Below are positions 11,770-24,315 of a stretch of DNA of 64,000 nucleotides, in pieces. Origin of the DNA: Podarcis tiliguerta (lineage: Eukaryota). The stretch is from NCBI GenBank assembly GCA_965153285.1, contig OZ229110.1; one strand, given 5' to 3'. The notes under the pieces were generated by a model that saw only the letters and a list, made by a program, of their open reading frames with translations, was not told the DNA's origin and ran no database searches. The position numbers and the translations under genes are program-made. Each line of letters opens with the position of its first letter. Position 1 is the stretch's first letter.

Positions 11770-14700
11770 CAGCTGATTTTATGCCTGCCTGTGAGTCAGA
11801 AGCATTAGGTCGAAAGAAATGCCCTTTGCTGGACTGGATTTTCTGGCTTGTGGTTCATTTTGTAGGGTCCTCTTCCTGTTGCAAAATAAATACCTAGAGG
11901 GACTTCACAATATTATACTGGTGACAAAGAGCAGCAGGCATTTATACACATCAGAGATATATCTTTTTATATAATAAAAATGTAAGGATGTCATCATGAG
12001 AGCCCTCGTCGGAGGATTTGTTGAGCCACATCACAATCCTGGAAGTCTGGGTGGGGTGGGGGAGCAAAAGTGAAGGCAGGTTGCACAACAGCAGTGGCCA
12101 TGGATTGGGAGTGAGAAGAGAGAGACACTGAGAGGGGAAGAGTGGTGATTTAAAACAATGGCAGAAGTTTGAGTAAATCGGAGATGAAGAGATAGCAATG
12201 GCAGCAGGGGGTTGGCAAGTGAAGTGAGACACAGCCCCAGGTGTAGAGATAGATTGGTGGCAGTGCCCATTAACTGTTAAGGTAATTTGAGGACAGGTTA
12301 TTTGCGGCTGGAATTTCTGCCAATAGTAGAGGAATCTCCCCCTTTTCTTACATGCGTTCTGTCCATAGGCCATCAGTCTAAGACTGACAGGTATTTGCTG
12401 TATGGGAACTGTGGGTTCCTTCCTAGAGTGAGAGCCAGCTTCCATGAGTCAACCTGAAGGTGCTCCTCAACAGTCTCCAGCACTGATGAAAGCGGTTGGG
12501 AGAGAAGAATGGGGAGGAGGGACAAAGTTAAGTTGTGGTGGTCGCTTTTTCCTCCTGCTGCCTCCGCAACCCTTCGTGGGGTTCATCGGTGCAAAATGTA
12601 ACAGGTGTCATGGCCCCGCAGTATGAGACGACGTTTGAAAGTGTGTGTGAGGGCATCATTCAGTTGGAAGTCTCTTGAACGGGACTCCACAGAGTAGAAG
12701 GGCCCACACACTTCCACCCTGGTCTTGCGCAGCTGCAGTCCTGTCTTCTTTGGTTTCACTAAAAGAACTTTCCCAAGTTCCTAGCCATGCCCAGTTCTGG
12801 GGGTTGGAAGTAAACACAGCAAAGGTAAAGGAAAGTCCTTTCTGACCATTCCAATAAAAGGATCTCAGGTGTGTGTGGTGGTGGTGGTGGTGGTGGTGGG
12901 GAATTGCCTGAAATCTCAGAGAGCAAGTCATTATTGAACTAGGCAGGCCAATGGTATATCTCAGAATCAGGCAGTTCTGTATATCCTATGGGCCATGTCT
13001 GCATGAGAACGTACTCTGCTGCTAAATCACAAGTGCAGGGCGCAGAGGCTGAATGAAAAGGTACAGTCTGGCACAAGGGTGTCTGTGGCACAGAGCTCTG
13101 TCTACAACTCGAGTTGGGCTTTATGTGCAAAGACAAGCTAGAAATATTGTGTGTGTGTGTTTTTAAAAAAGTACAGAAATACCTTGTCAGTGTCCGTTTC
13201 ATCACCACAAACCGCAACAGGAAATCCTATGCAGTCACCTCTTGAGTATTCTTTCATTGAAACACCCGTGTTCCCGAAACGGTTGACATTCATTTGGTTT
13301 ATGACAGCGCAATATATTATGTAATTCTACACATAGAAAGAGTAGCTGGAAGCCAAATTCAGCATTTGGCTTTTAAAAAATTCAACACTAGAACAACGTG
13401 CAGAATTCATGCATCTCCGTTTAATGAGTATTTTTCTTAAAAGTTCCTCGGCATTTTGATTTAAGAAAGTGGCTTCAAATCTTGATAAGGTCCAACTGGT
13501 GGATACCCAAGAGTTCTTAAATTTGGATCTGAACTTGCTGCCTTCCTGACAAAAATAGGCAATCTTCCCCTGACTGGAGATTAATCCCAATATGGGGTTT
13601 AATTGCTCGTAATGGTGCAATTCACATATTGGGGCGGTTGGCAGTCCTTCACCATGGAAGAGTTCTTGCAGTTGTGGTGCATTTTATTGGTTGCCTTTTA
13701 TCTAGTACATACTCTTCATTGGTTAATTGTCCCCGATTAATTGGGCAGCACTTTTTAAAAAAAGTAAAAAAGTTAAGTAATTTTGATTCAAGAATCTATG
13801 GGTGCAGACATTGCTGTATAAAAGGCATTCCCTCTTCTCTATTCCAAAGACCGTGATGATGGTTGCTGCAGAAGGTGCTTCCCTAACCTAAAAACAGAGA
13901 GGGGATGCTTTTCTTCAGAAGCACTGCTTTATTCATATGCAAATGTATACAGAGTCAATTACTTAATTGACTAAAACCACCAAATGACTAAAATAGCAAC
14001 CTTTCTATAAGGCGTGTAAATTAAGTGCATTTGCACATATTTAGTCATTTCCCTTAATTTGTTTGTCTCGTGTAGTTAGTCATGGGGTTGAAATTCAGAG
14101 TTGTGCAGAGCAGAATTCCACAAAGTGGATGCCGCTCTAGGCAGAAGAGGAGGCATGTGAATTTTGCTGATTTTCTCTTCCCCTTGTAGTGTTACGTGCC
14201 TTACCCACCCACCCACCCCCATCTGCTCTGGACGGTCCAAAACATCGTAGGAGGGGGATGCAGGAGAAGAGGAAACAAGTGAAAATTACCTCTCTCTGCC
14301 CGCCCACCCACCCACTCCGGTCCATTGGAGTATCCAGTTTGCGCACAACTGCAGCATGCACTGGATCCAACTTACTTTTGTAAACAAAAAGGAGCTCTTC
14401 TATTTACAGAATAGCCCATCTGGACCCAAACCATAGCCCCCAATACCTCCTACGCCTGGCACCAAAGCTTTGCCTGCCACCACCTTCTGAGATTCCATCA
14501 AGTAGTCCCCAAACACATTTTTAATTTAATTTTTCCTCCCATGTGTGTTAGTAACGCGTTTTGTGTTTACAATGAAGATGGGTCCCCCAGGTTGATTGAT
14601 TTTGTACTTAATACCAAATTACATACTATCATCAGATTACATGCACTGCTGTCCATATTTAGAATGGAAATAGAAGCCCAGTTGTGATCTACTCTTGTCC

Positions 14701-15801
14701 AAGAATACAGTGTAATTTGAAAGGAAAAAAATCTGCCATGTCAAATCTGGACCTCCAGCCAGTTGTCATACCCTTAAAAACTAATTAGGCTGTGACATGG
14801 GCTCAGTCTTGCCTGGCTTCTTCATCTCTATAGCCAGACCCTAAGACTCGCGGCGTCAACAGATAAATGCTGATAATGAGGTGCCCATGCACCATCACAC
14901 TATCTGGAATTGTACTCACCTTCGTAGCAGCTTTAGACTTGCAGTTGTTCAGGACTTTGTTGCCAGCGTTCGAAATTTCTATATAGCTCTTACAAAAGCA
15001 CACACGTGTTTCAAAATGAAATATATATACATAGCAGCATAAAACAGCACCTTGTTTGGGAAGCAACCATGTGTCTTGATGCTTGGAGTTATTTGCAAGA
15101 TAAGAAGAAAGATGGAAATTGAACCAAACCCATCATCTTCTGAATTTCCAGGTAAGGATATATGGCTACTCCCTTTGTTTTAAGTAACTGCTAATATGCA
15201 CAATCTCTCCACTTTATTTTGGTGAACTTTGGCTAGGGGCCATACATTTAGCAATCTTGTCGGGACCAACCTTGGAGGTCACGCAGAAGTCCTACCTCAT
15301 TTTGCTAGTAAGTGATATGGGAAATGAGAGAGTGATTTCCTTGTGTTCTCACGCTTCCTGTCACTCTGGAATAGAAAAATGGTCCTTCAAGCCTACAGGT
15401 TTCACATGGAAATCTCTGCATCACACCCTTCATGTATTATTTGCCGGATACGTTTTACCAAGTAAAAGTTATCTTTTCAACAAACCAACACATTGAACAT
15501 TATTGTCTCATTCCAGCACAGGTTAGCTGCCTGTTATTTTAGACCACCTTCCTATAGTTTGTCTTCTCTTAAAACCATCTGAGGCCTACTTCTGTATGGC
15601 TGTCTCCTAGAGACTGTTTCCCCTTTTAAACAAATCTCCAGTCTTAGGTTTCCTGAGACCCTCATTCCAATAAGTTTCCTTATTGGTAATGCAAACATGT
15701 GAAAAATGAAGATTTGTGTGCTCCCAGTTTGCTTTTGCTTTGGGGTGAGGAATGTTGTGGAATTCTCACTGATAATTCCAACTCCGATTTTTTCTTTCTA
15801 G

Positions 15802-16437
15802 GAGATAAAAAATTACTAAGGGAAAGGTCAGAAAGAAATGTAGAAAACCAAGACGATATGAGCTACCCCCTCGAGCTCACCACGTCAAAGCAAGGGAAGA
15901 GTTCCTACAAGCGCAGCTTTGAAGAAGGTGTGTCTCAACCCCAAACGAAGAAGAAGAAAATAGACCTCATCTTCAAAGATGTTCTAGAGGCTTCTCTAGA
16001 GCCAACAAAGATGGAAGAGCACAAGGTGATAAAGAATTCTGCTCCTTCCACTAGAAAGTCCTCCAGATTTCAAGCGCGAGATGCCTCGGAAGGTTGTGGG
16101 CCTGGTATTCATCACAGCTCTCCAAATCACAGTAGAGGCAGGAATGAGGGTGAGTGGAAAGTCCCCCGCAGCTCTAAAGACATTGGCCTGCTGGAAGACG
16201 AAGGGGAAGAGGCCTTGTCATTTAAAGTGAACAGCCCCACCGATCTGTCTCTGGCATCGACTCAGGATGATGCCCTTGAGATCCCGACAACTTCATTGTG
16301 TCCCAACTGTGTACGGTTGAAGAAGAAGATTCGCGAGTTGCAGGCTGAACTAAACATGCTAAGATCTGGCAAGTTAGCCGAGGCACCTCTACTACCTCCT
16401 CAGGTACCTGAGTACCAAGCATTTTCATACCCCTCAG
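15802..16437 (+). CDS. PRDM11: PRDM11 penultimate exon (KKKKID basic motif; CPNC plus coiled coil)
   Basis: Acceptor tttctttctag| and donor G|GTAAGT, phase 1 at both ends. Contains KKKKIDLIFKDVLEASLE and PTTSLCPNCVRLKKKIRELQAEL, as in PRDM11. Confidence 0.93.
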
Positions 16438-17205
16438 GTAAGTTACACACAAGAAAAGTGTTCCTCAAACACTGTATAAGGAGTGCCATTTTGTTTGACA
16501 TTCGTGACTAAATATGTTCCAGCATTGAGTGTTCTGAGAAGCACCTGAGGTCTCGTTGGTGGGTTTCATGAAGCAGGAACGTAGTCCTCTGAGCAAGTGG
16601 TCTTGGGATTGTGACTGTAATGATGAAACATGATGTTTCTTTTCACTGTAATCAGGCACCTTCAATAAAAAAATTCCATTGCAGCGAATTTGTTTGCTGT
16701 ATTCTTGATGCATTCCCTTGCAGGAGAAAGAACAGCATATTGTTGTTTTTGAATCTTACCTAGAAATTGCAATTGACTCTCTTATGTTGAATATGAAATA
16801 TACTGGCTTGTGGCATGTGTGTGAAGTATGTCATTAATATTTTCCCTTTTTCTCTTATCTAAAGGATTTTGTTGGTTGAATGCAAGTGTGAAGCTCTTTT
16901 GATTTCATTTCGGGACATGCTCTGTCATTAATGCCCTTTTGTGAATATGAAAGTAGTCAGAATATCAGAGTGGCGTTTGCTACCCAGGCTTGCATGGACT
17001 CTTGGAAATTATGATTTTAGATAATGAGGGGGGCTCAGAATGTTTATAAACCAAAATTTACTCTAGTAACATGTTCATTTTTTGCTGCAAATGGCATGAG
17101 TAGCCAAGGGGGGCATGTGGGATAGTTGTCTAACAGTTTTGTGTTGTTTCTTGCAACCCTACCTTAAACCTTCTCCATTTCCCCCTCATTTCTTTTCTTT
17201 CGCAG

Positions 17206-19367
17206 CTTCGGAAAGCATCATGTCTGTTCCCACCATCATGGAGGACGACGACCAAGAGGTGGATTCAGCAGACGAATCTGTCTCCAATGACATGATAACA
17301 GCCACAGACGAGCCTTCCAAATTGTCCGCCGTCACCAGGAGGATTCGGCGCTTCAAGCAAGAGTGGCTCAAGAAGTTTTGGTTTCTGAGGTACTCCCCGA
17401 CGCTCAACGAAATGTGGTGCCACGTCTGCCGCCAGTATACAGTGCAATCCTCTCGGACTTCGGCTTTCATCATCGGCTCCAAGCAGTTCAAGATACACAC
17501 CATCAAACTTCACAGCCAGAGCAACCTCCACAAGAAGTGCCTGCAACTTTACAGGCTCAGGATGCACCCAGAGAAGACGGAAGAGATGTGCCGAAATATG
17601 ACTCTGCTCTTCAACACAGCCTACCATTTAGCGATGGAAGGCCGGCCCTATTGTGACTTCAGGCCGCTTGCGGAACTACTGAGAAAGTGCGAGCTCAAAG
17701 TGGTGGATCAGTATATGAACGAGGGAGACTGTCAAATCTTGATCCACCACATTGCGCGAGCTCTTAGAGAAGATCTCGTCGAACGGGTCAGGCAATCTCC
17801 CTTCCTCAGCATCATTTTGGACGGGCAGAGCGACGATTTGCTTGCTGACACGGTTGCGGTTTACGTGCAGTATATCAGCAGCGATGGGCCTCCGGCCACT
17901 GAATTCCTCTCTCTCCAGGAGCTGGGCTTTTCTGCAACCGACAGTTACATCCAAGCGTTAGATAGGGCTTTCTCTGCCCTGGGAATCCGCCTGCAGGATG
18001 AAAAGCCGAGTGTTGGTTTGGGAGTCGATGGTGCTAACATCACTGCCAGCCTTAGAGCTAACATGTACATGACAATCAGAAAGACTCTGCCTTGGCTGCT
18101 CTGTCTGCCCCTTATGGTACACAAGCCGCACTTGGAGATATTGGATGCGATTAGTGGGAAAGAGCTTCCTTGCCTGGAGGAGCTAGAGAACAATCTGAAG
18201 CAGTTACTCAGCTTTTACCGTTACTCTCCCAGGCTGATGTGCGAGCTGAGGGTCACTGCTGCTACTCTCTGTGAAGAAACTGAGTTTTTGGGAGACATCA
18301 GAGCAGTGAAGTGGATCATCGGGGAGCAGAATGTCCTCAACGCTCTGATCAAGGATTACTTGGAAGTGGTGGCCCATCTCAAAGATGTCAGCGGCCAAAC
18401 ACAAAGAGCAGATGCGTCTGCCATTGCCTTGGCTCTCCTGCAGTTCCTCATGGACTACCAGTCAATCAAGCTGATCTACTTCCTGCTGGACGTCATTGCT
18501 GTGCTTTCGCGCCTTGCCTTCGTCTTCCAAGGCGAATACCTCCTTGTGTCGCAGGTGGATGACAAAATCGAGGAAGCCATCCAAGAGATCAGCAGGCTCT
18601 CCGATTCTCCCGGCGAGTATCTCCAGGAGTTTGAGGAGAGCTTTCGAGAAAGCTTCAATGGCGTCGCTGTGAAAAACCTGCGGGTGGCGGAAGCCAAATT
18701 CCAGTCCATTCGAGAAAAGATATGCCAGAAGACCCAGGTGATTCTAGCTCAAAGGTTTGAACCTCGCAGCCGGGCATTTGTGAAAGCCTGCCAAGTGTTT
18801 GACCTCGCAGCTTGGCCGAGGAGCGCAGAGGAGCTGATGAGCTATGGCAGGGAAGACATGGTGCAGATTTTTGAGCACCTCGAAGCCGTGCCAACCTTTT
18901 CCACCGAAGTGAGCAGAGAAGGCATGGACCCCAGGGGGAGCTTGCTCATGGAATGGCGGGAACTCAAGGTGGATTATTATACCAAAAATGGTTTCAAAGA
19001 TTTAATCGGCCACATTTGTAAATACAGGCAGAGGTTTCCTCTTTTAAACAAAATCATCCAGATCCTCAAAGTTCTTCCCACCTCCACAGCCTGCTGCGAA
19101 AAGGGGCGCAATGCCCTGCAGAGAGTGCGCAAGAACAATCGTTCTCGGCTCACCCTGGAGCAGCTCAGTGACCTTTTGACAATTGCTGTTAATGGACCAC
19201 CTATTGCCAACTTCGAAGCCAAGAGGGCACTAGATAGTTGGTTTGAGGAGAAATCTAGCAATAGTTACGCACTGTCTGCAGAAATGCTGAGCAGGATGTC
19301 CTCCCTGGATCAGAAGCCAGTGCTGCAGAGCATGGACCACGGGTCAGAGTTTTACCCTGATATTTAG
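17206..19367 (+). CDS. PRDM11: PRDM11 last coding exon: TTF-type zinc finger plus domesticated hAT-family (ZNF862-like) transposase
   Basis: Acceptor tcttttctttcgcag|. Encodes ASES...RRFKQEWLKKFWFLRY...WCHVC...HSQSNLH (zinc finger), then IILDGQSD, GVDGAN and LPTSTACCEKG (hAT core and dimerisation region), ending EFYPDI* like the long PRDM11 isoform. Confidence 0.95.
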
Positions 19368-21456
19368 CAAGGAATGCCTCTCGTTTAGAAAGCTGTTGAA
19401 TCCCTTTTTTAAAGAAAAAAAAATCAATACTCTAAGCTTTGATATAGTATATGAAATATATATATATATTATATATGTATGTAAAGCCCAACACTGAAAA
19501 TTTAAAACTTATCTGATGGAAGCTAAGAGGAATTTTTATGAATGAGACAAGACTTAACATTTACTGACATCTTCAACCGTGGCAGCTGCAATGTAGGTGG
19601 CAACATTTCATTCTTCAGAATCATGTGCTGGGGCCATAGTCTATATTTTCAAACTGAATCGATGTTATAAGCTAGACGTGGCAGGGCAATGTCACCCTAC
19701 TTCTCATTATGCTTCTGTGTGTATGTCTTCTCTCTTTCTGTCTCTCCTTCTCTCTCTTTTTCTTTGTTAGTTAGCAATTGAGCCATTTCAGCCCTCTACT
19801 AATGATGCTTGGGATTTTTGAGCCCAGTGCCTACATTTTGGTATTTCTTTTCCAGCTTCCCAATTTTCACGTAGGCTAGAGTGGATTCTTGCAGCTTCTT
19901 CTGATGATCTGGTTCATTTTCTGTTGTTTCTGTCAATTGGCCCATGATGCCCCTTCCTTGGTCTTAACCACCGGTGGGCATTTTCAGTGTAAGGCAAAAC
20001 CTTTTTTCTGCTACTCCTGTGAAAATTCTACTAACGATTCATGTATCTTACAATATTGATAGCATGTTCAGATGAAAATAGCATAATGCAGAAGATGGGG
20101 AACTATTGGGGTGGGGTGGGGTGTTTTTGCATTTATATTTTTATATAGTAGACAATGAGAAAAATTAAATAAAACTCTTTACTGAAAACCCGGGCTGCTG
20201 TGGAAGCTAGAGAGCCAACGAGTCAAAGCCCCGTAACCGGGCAGAGACTCCAGGGCTTAAAATATGTATGCTAATTTTATGTTATTTATACTCGGTCTTT
20301 ATCATCATAAATGGGTTGTGTCTTTGTTTGGGTTTTTATAACAAGTGAAAGAAATGCCTGCCACATTTCTGTGGCAGGGGATATCAATGCAAGATCCGTC
20401 GTTGATTGTCGTCACATGACAAGGTCCTCTTAGGGGTTCACATATCCTCCGTTGAGTAAGGTTTGAAGTTCAGTCATCTGGCAAAAGAAAAAACGGAATG
20501 CTGTGTTTATTCCTGTGAACTGCTTCTTTCAAAGGGGTGCATGGTATGGCAACATATTTGCAGCTCAAATAAACACATCTGTGGAGATTTTTAATTTTTT
20601 TTACTACCCCAACGCTTCAGGTTAAATAAGCCAAAATGAGCACAAAACCTCCACTGTTGACTGTGCCTTGCCCTGCTAATATTGCAGAGGGCAGCACCAC
20701 AACAATAATGGACAATCACAGGAATAAAATGATTTTTTTTGCCCGGAACTACTAGGATGGCATGTTTCCAGAGGGACTAACCTTATGCCAGTCGGCATTG
20801 TTTTGGAAATACAGCAATGACGTCAGTTACACTGAACTTTTCCATATCCCCTCTCTCCACACACACCCTGCCATTTTCCTCCTGACCCTTCCTATTGGTC
20901 TTGGTGCTAAAGTATCTCTGGAACTGATGCTGCTAGCTGCTAGCTTTTCATTTATATAAATATATGATTTTATTTTTTAAACCGTATGTTTTCAGTGGTA
21001 ATGTAGCATGTTGTTAAAGCAGTCTCTCTTAGGGTATATCTGCACCAGCTTCTTTCACTGTGTCTTTTCCCCCTCCTCTTTTTCGCTCAGTGGAAATGTC
21101 CCGGGAATAATCTTGTAGCATTGTTCCCATACATGCGCGATTCTTATATCCAGGACTCAAAGCTCATTCCCTCCACCCCGCAACTGCTCAGTGAAAAACA
21201 AAGAAAACCCCAGATACCTTGATGTGTTGTCATACAAAAGAACTAGGGATAGAGGCTCCGTGCTTTGTGGCATCTCCAAGGGATTGTAAAGCAGTTGGAG
21301 CTGTTAAGAGAACTCAGCCCGGCTGCCTCCAGACAAAAGGAAAGCGGGGTGGGAGGGAAGATAGCTGGAGGATTTAGTGAGTCGTCTTATGACAAATGCA
21401 CAACAATAGCATAAGAAGCGGCACATAGGCAAAAATAGAAAGATGATGGGTTGGAG

Positions 21457-21931
21457 CAGTGGTTTTCAACCAGTGTGCCATGGCACCCTGGGGTGTCTTG
21501 AATGATGGCCGGGGTGTCACGGGCAATACTGGCCTCTGTCCCTCTTTCCTTCCCTCCCTCCTTTGATGCCCTATCACGTCTCTGCCTCCCAAAGGCTTGC
21601 ACAACTGTTTGTTGCAGCAGCCCTGGCTGACCAAGGTGTGCTTCCCAGGCCCCTGTGGGGCAGTGTGAGGAGGCATCTCTCTTTGGGGCAGGGGGGGCAT
21701 CTCAGAAACCGGGGGAGGCAGCTCTAACTGCCTGGCGGACTCTCAAGGAGAGGGGAGTGGTGAGGAGGCTGAGGAACACTGCACAAGGGAGGGTGTTTGA
21801 AAAGCGCTGAGGGGCTCCTGCCTCTGCAGGCAAGGGCTGACACAACTGGGCTCCTGAGCCGCACAGGGGTGCCGCAGAAAGAATGCAGTTGGACAAGGGA
21901 GCCGTGGACCCAAACAGGTTGAAAACCTCTG
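21457..21931. mobile_element. Non-autonomous hAT element
   Basis: TIRs CAGTGGTTTTCAACC / GGTTGAAAACCTCTG; 8-bp TSD ggttggag / ggttgaag. Confidence 0.85.
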
Positions 21932-23072
21932 GGTTGAAGAATGAGCCAGAGGGAGAAGCTCTGGGGTAGGACAGTTGTAATTGTATGGGAGTTAGTGCTT
22001 TTTTAAAAATGTGGCACTGACTTCCATATGAAAGCAGGGGGTGGGAGCAGGAATTGAATCCTAGGCAATCAGGGACAGCAAACAGAATCAGGTGCAGATT
22101 GCAGCAGCTCTTTGTGCAGAAAAACAACAACTGGTGCAGATATACCTTTGGTCCAGCCCTCGCTGACTCGGTGCCCTCCTTCAGCTTTGGACCACAACTT
22201 GTATCAGCCCTGGCCGAAGGTGGAGAGCACAAGGTTGGCGAAGGCTGCTTTAGTCACTTCCACTGCCGGGGTTCATGCGCTGCCTTCTCACTCCGCACAC
22301 AGATACGCACATACACACACACACTTGACAAGTAGCATTTTATGTTGGGCTTTAGAAATTCCTTGTCTGCAATATTACCTGCTTTGGGCTGATGGTAGGG
22401 AGTGAGACTGATGAGCACAGAAGGAAGATTTGTTAGGAAATGTTAAAAGAGTTGTGTAGTTTTGATAATTTTTGACAGCGGTTAGGGCATCGTTGGTATT
22501 AACGCTACAATGGTAACTTAATGTAGAATGTTTTTACATGATGCTATTCTAAGCATAGAAACAACTGCTGGGATTTGGAGAGCCTTGGTGTGACCCAAGG
22601 CCAACTACATACCATGGGTGATGAGAGATTAGTATTGTCAGCATTAGTTTGCACAACTAAGAGGCCTCCATTCACCCTTGTGTTGGTTTACTGGTGATAT
22701 TAACTCCAAGAGAGTGGTTACCACTCACTGAAGTGGGGGGTGGGGAGTATAAATGCTTTGCTTCTATATTCTTACTGTCAGTGGTTTTTGGCCATTTTAT
22801 AGGCCCTGTAGATTATGACCCAGCTGTCCCCATACTCATAATCTGGTTGTTTTAATTGGTTCATTTCAGATAAATAACAGAGGCTCTGGTGGAAACGATG
22901 ATAAGGCTGGATAAAGACAATTTCAGAATTTAGAAGACGGTTTGTTATTTGAAGCATTCCCGATATGTGCTAATGTTAGAGTGCGTACACTAGACAGTGC
23001 CTAAGGTGAATCCAACCACAATTTACATTAAGAAGCCATTTCGGTATATGGTTTCTGAAACATTGTTCCTCA

Positions 23073-23193
23073 GACTGATAGCTCAGTCGGTAGAGCGTGA
23101 GACTCTCAGGGTCGTGAGTTTGAGCTCCACGTTGGAGAGGGTTGGGCCAGATGACCATCATGGTTCATTCCAACACTATGATTCTATGATTCT
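23073..23193 (+). mobile_element. tRNA-Lys-derived SINE with CR1-type tail
   Basis: tagctcagtcggtagagcgtgagactctcagggtcgtgagtttgagctccacgttgg matches tRNA-Lys(CTT) with an anticodon-arm deletion, followed by a CR1-like (ATTCTATG)n tail. Related - strand pieces at about 25590-25650 and 46550-46675. Confidence 0.75.
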
Positions 23194-23593
23194 TAAACAA
23201 TTGGCCGAGGGCTAGGTAATCTGCATTTTGCTTTGCCTGTTATCCCTCTTCATTATTGGTCTGAAGAAGAAATAATTTGCTAGGACACTGGTTGTTTTTA
23301 GCCTCTTTGGGGAGAGAGTAAGATGCAACTCATTAAATGTTCATGAGCTCACCTGGATAATTCCTCTTCTGTAGTTGCTTATATTCAGGAGATATGTTCT
23401 TGTGCTCTGATGCTCAAGCATCAATGGGTTGCAGGAGGCATAATATTAAATCACCTGTAGGGTATGCCTAGAATGTTGTGTAAATGGGCAAGAAAATGAA
23501 ATATTTGCAATGACCAGCATGCAGAGAACAGAACATGGCACAGGCTTCTGTGAAAGCTTCCTCTTCTCTCCCATTTTGGGGTTTTCAGAGCAG

Positions 23594-23596
<3 letters not shown>

Positions 23597-23632
<36 letters not shown>
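23597..23632. repeat. (GT)18 microsatellite
   Basis: Read directly from the sequence. Confidence 0.95.
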
Positions 23633-23635
<3 letters not shown>

Positions 23636-24076
23636 CATTTGGCCATCTGTAATACATGCAGAACACAATCCAGTTTAAATTAAGCAATTTTAAATCTTTG
23701 TTTCAGTGAAAGAGGCAATCAGGTGCTTAATTCACTCGCATTAAAATCAGTGGTGCTTAACTGTAGCTGGGCCATATTTTACATCATCTGCCACTATTTT
23801 TCCCCATAGTGTTAGTAGTTTAACTATAAATAGATAATCCAGGTTGGTTAAAATGAGACTGAAATCCTCCATGGCTTGGTTTACATTCACAGTCTTACCT
23901 GTGATGTTATACATGTGATAGGTTTCCACATATGAGCTCCAAAATTACAAAACCGCTTATTGCTTTTTAATTTCATCTACAATCTGCCATTCAGAGTCAA
24001 AGTTCTCTCCATTCAATGAAAATGTATGAAAATGTTCCCTATCTGAAATTATTTTACTACCAAAATACATCAATTA

Positions 24077-24315
24077 CAGTGGTACCTCAGGTTAAGAACT
24101 TAATTCATTCCGGAGGTCCGTTCTTAACCTGAAACTGTTCTTAACCTGAAACACCACTTTAGCTAATGGGGTCTCCCGCTGCCACCGCACCGCTGCACAA
24201 TTTCTGTTCTCATCCTGAAGCAAAGTTCTTAACCCGAGGTACTATTTCTGGGTTAGCGTAGTCTGTAACGTGAAGCATCTGTAACCTGAAGCGTATGTAA
24301 CCTGAGGTACCACTG
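24077..24315 (+). mobile_element. Tc1/mariner MITE, same family as 10044
   Basis: TA|CAGTGGTACCTCAGG...CCTGAGGTACCACTG|TA. Confidence 0.9.

Noticed and set aside
17115-19367. 750-aa ORF as a stand-alone ZNF862-like gene or active hAT transposon
   Set aside because: Its first 30 codons are intronic, including the polypyrimidine tract. It splices in phase to the PRDM11 exons, and no TIRs or TSD flank it.
20357-20378. Histone-type stem-loop
   Set aside because: The loop TTTC matches, but the stem does not fit the GGYYYT/ARRRCC consensus and there is no histone gene.
23073-23135. Functional tRNA-Lys gene
   Set aside because: The anticodon arm is partly deleted, the T-loop and acceptor stem are mutated, and it is fused to a CR1-type tail, so it is a SINE.
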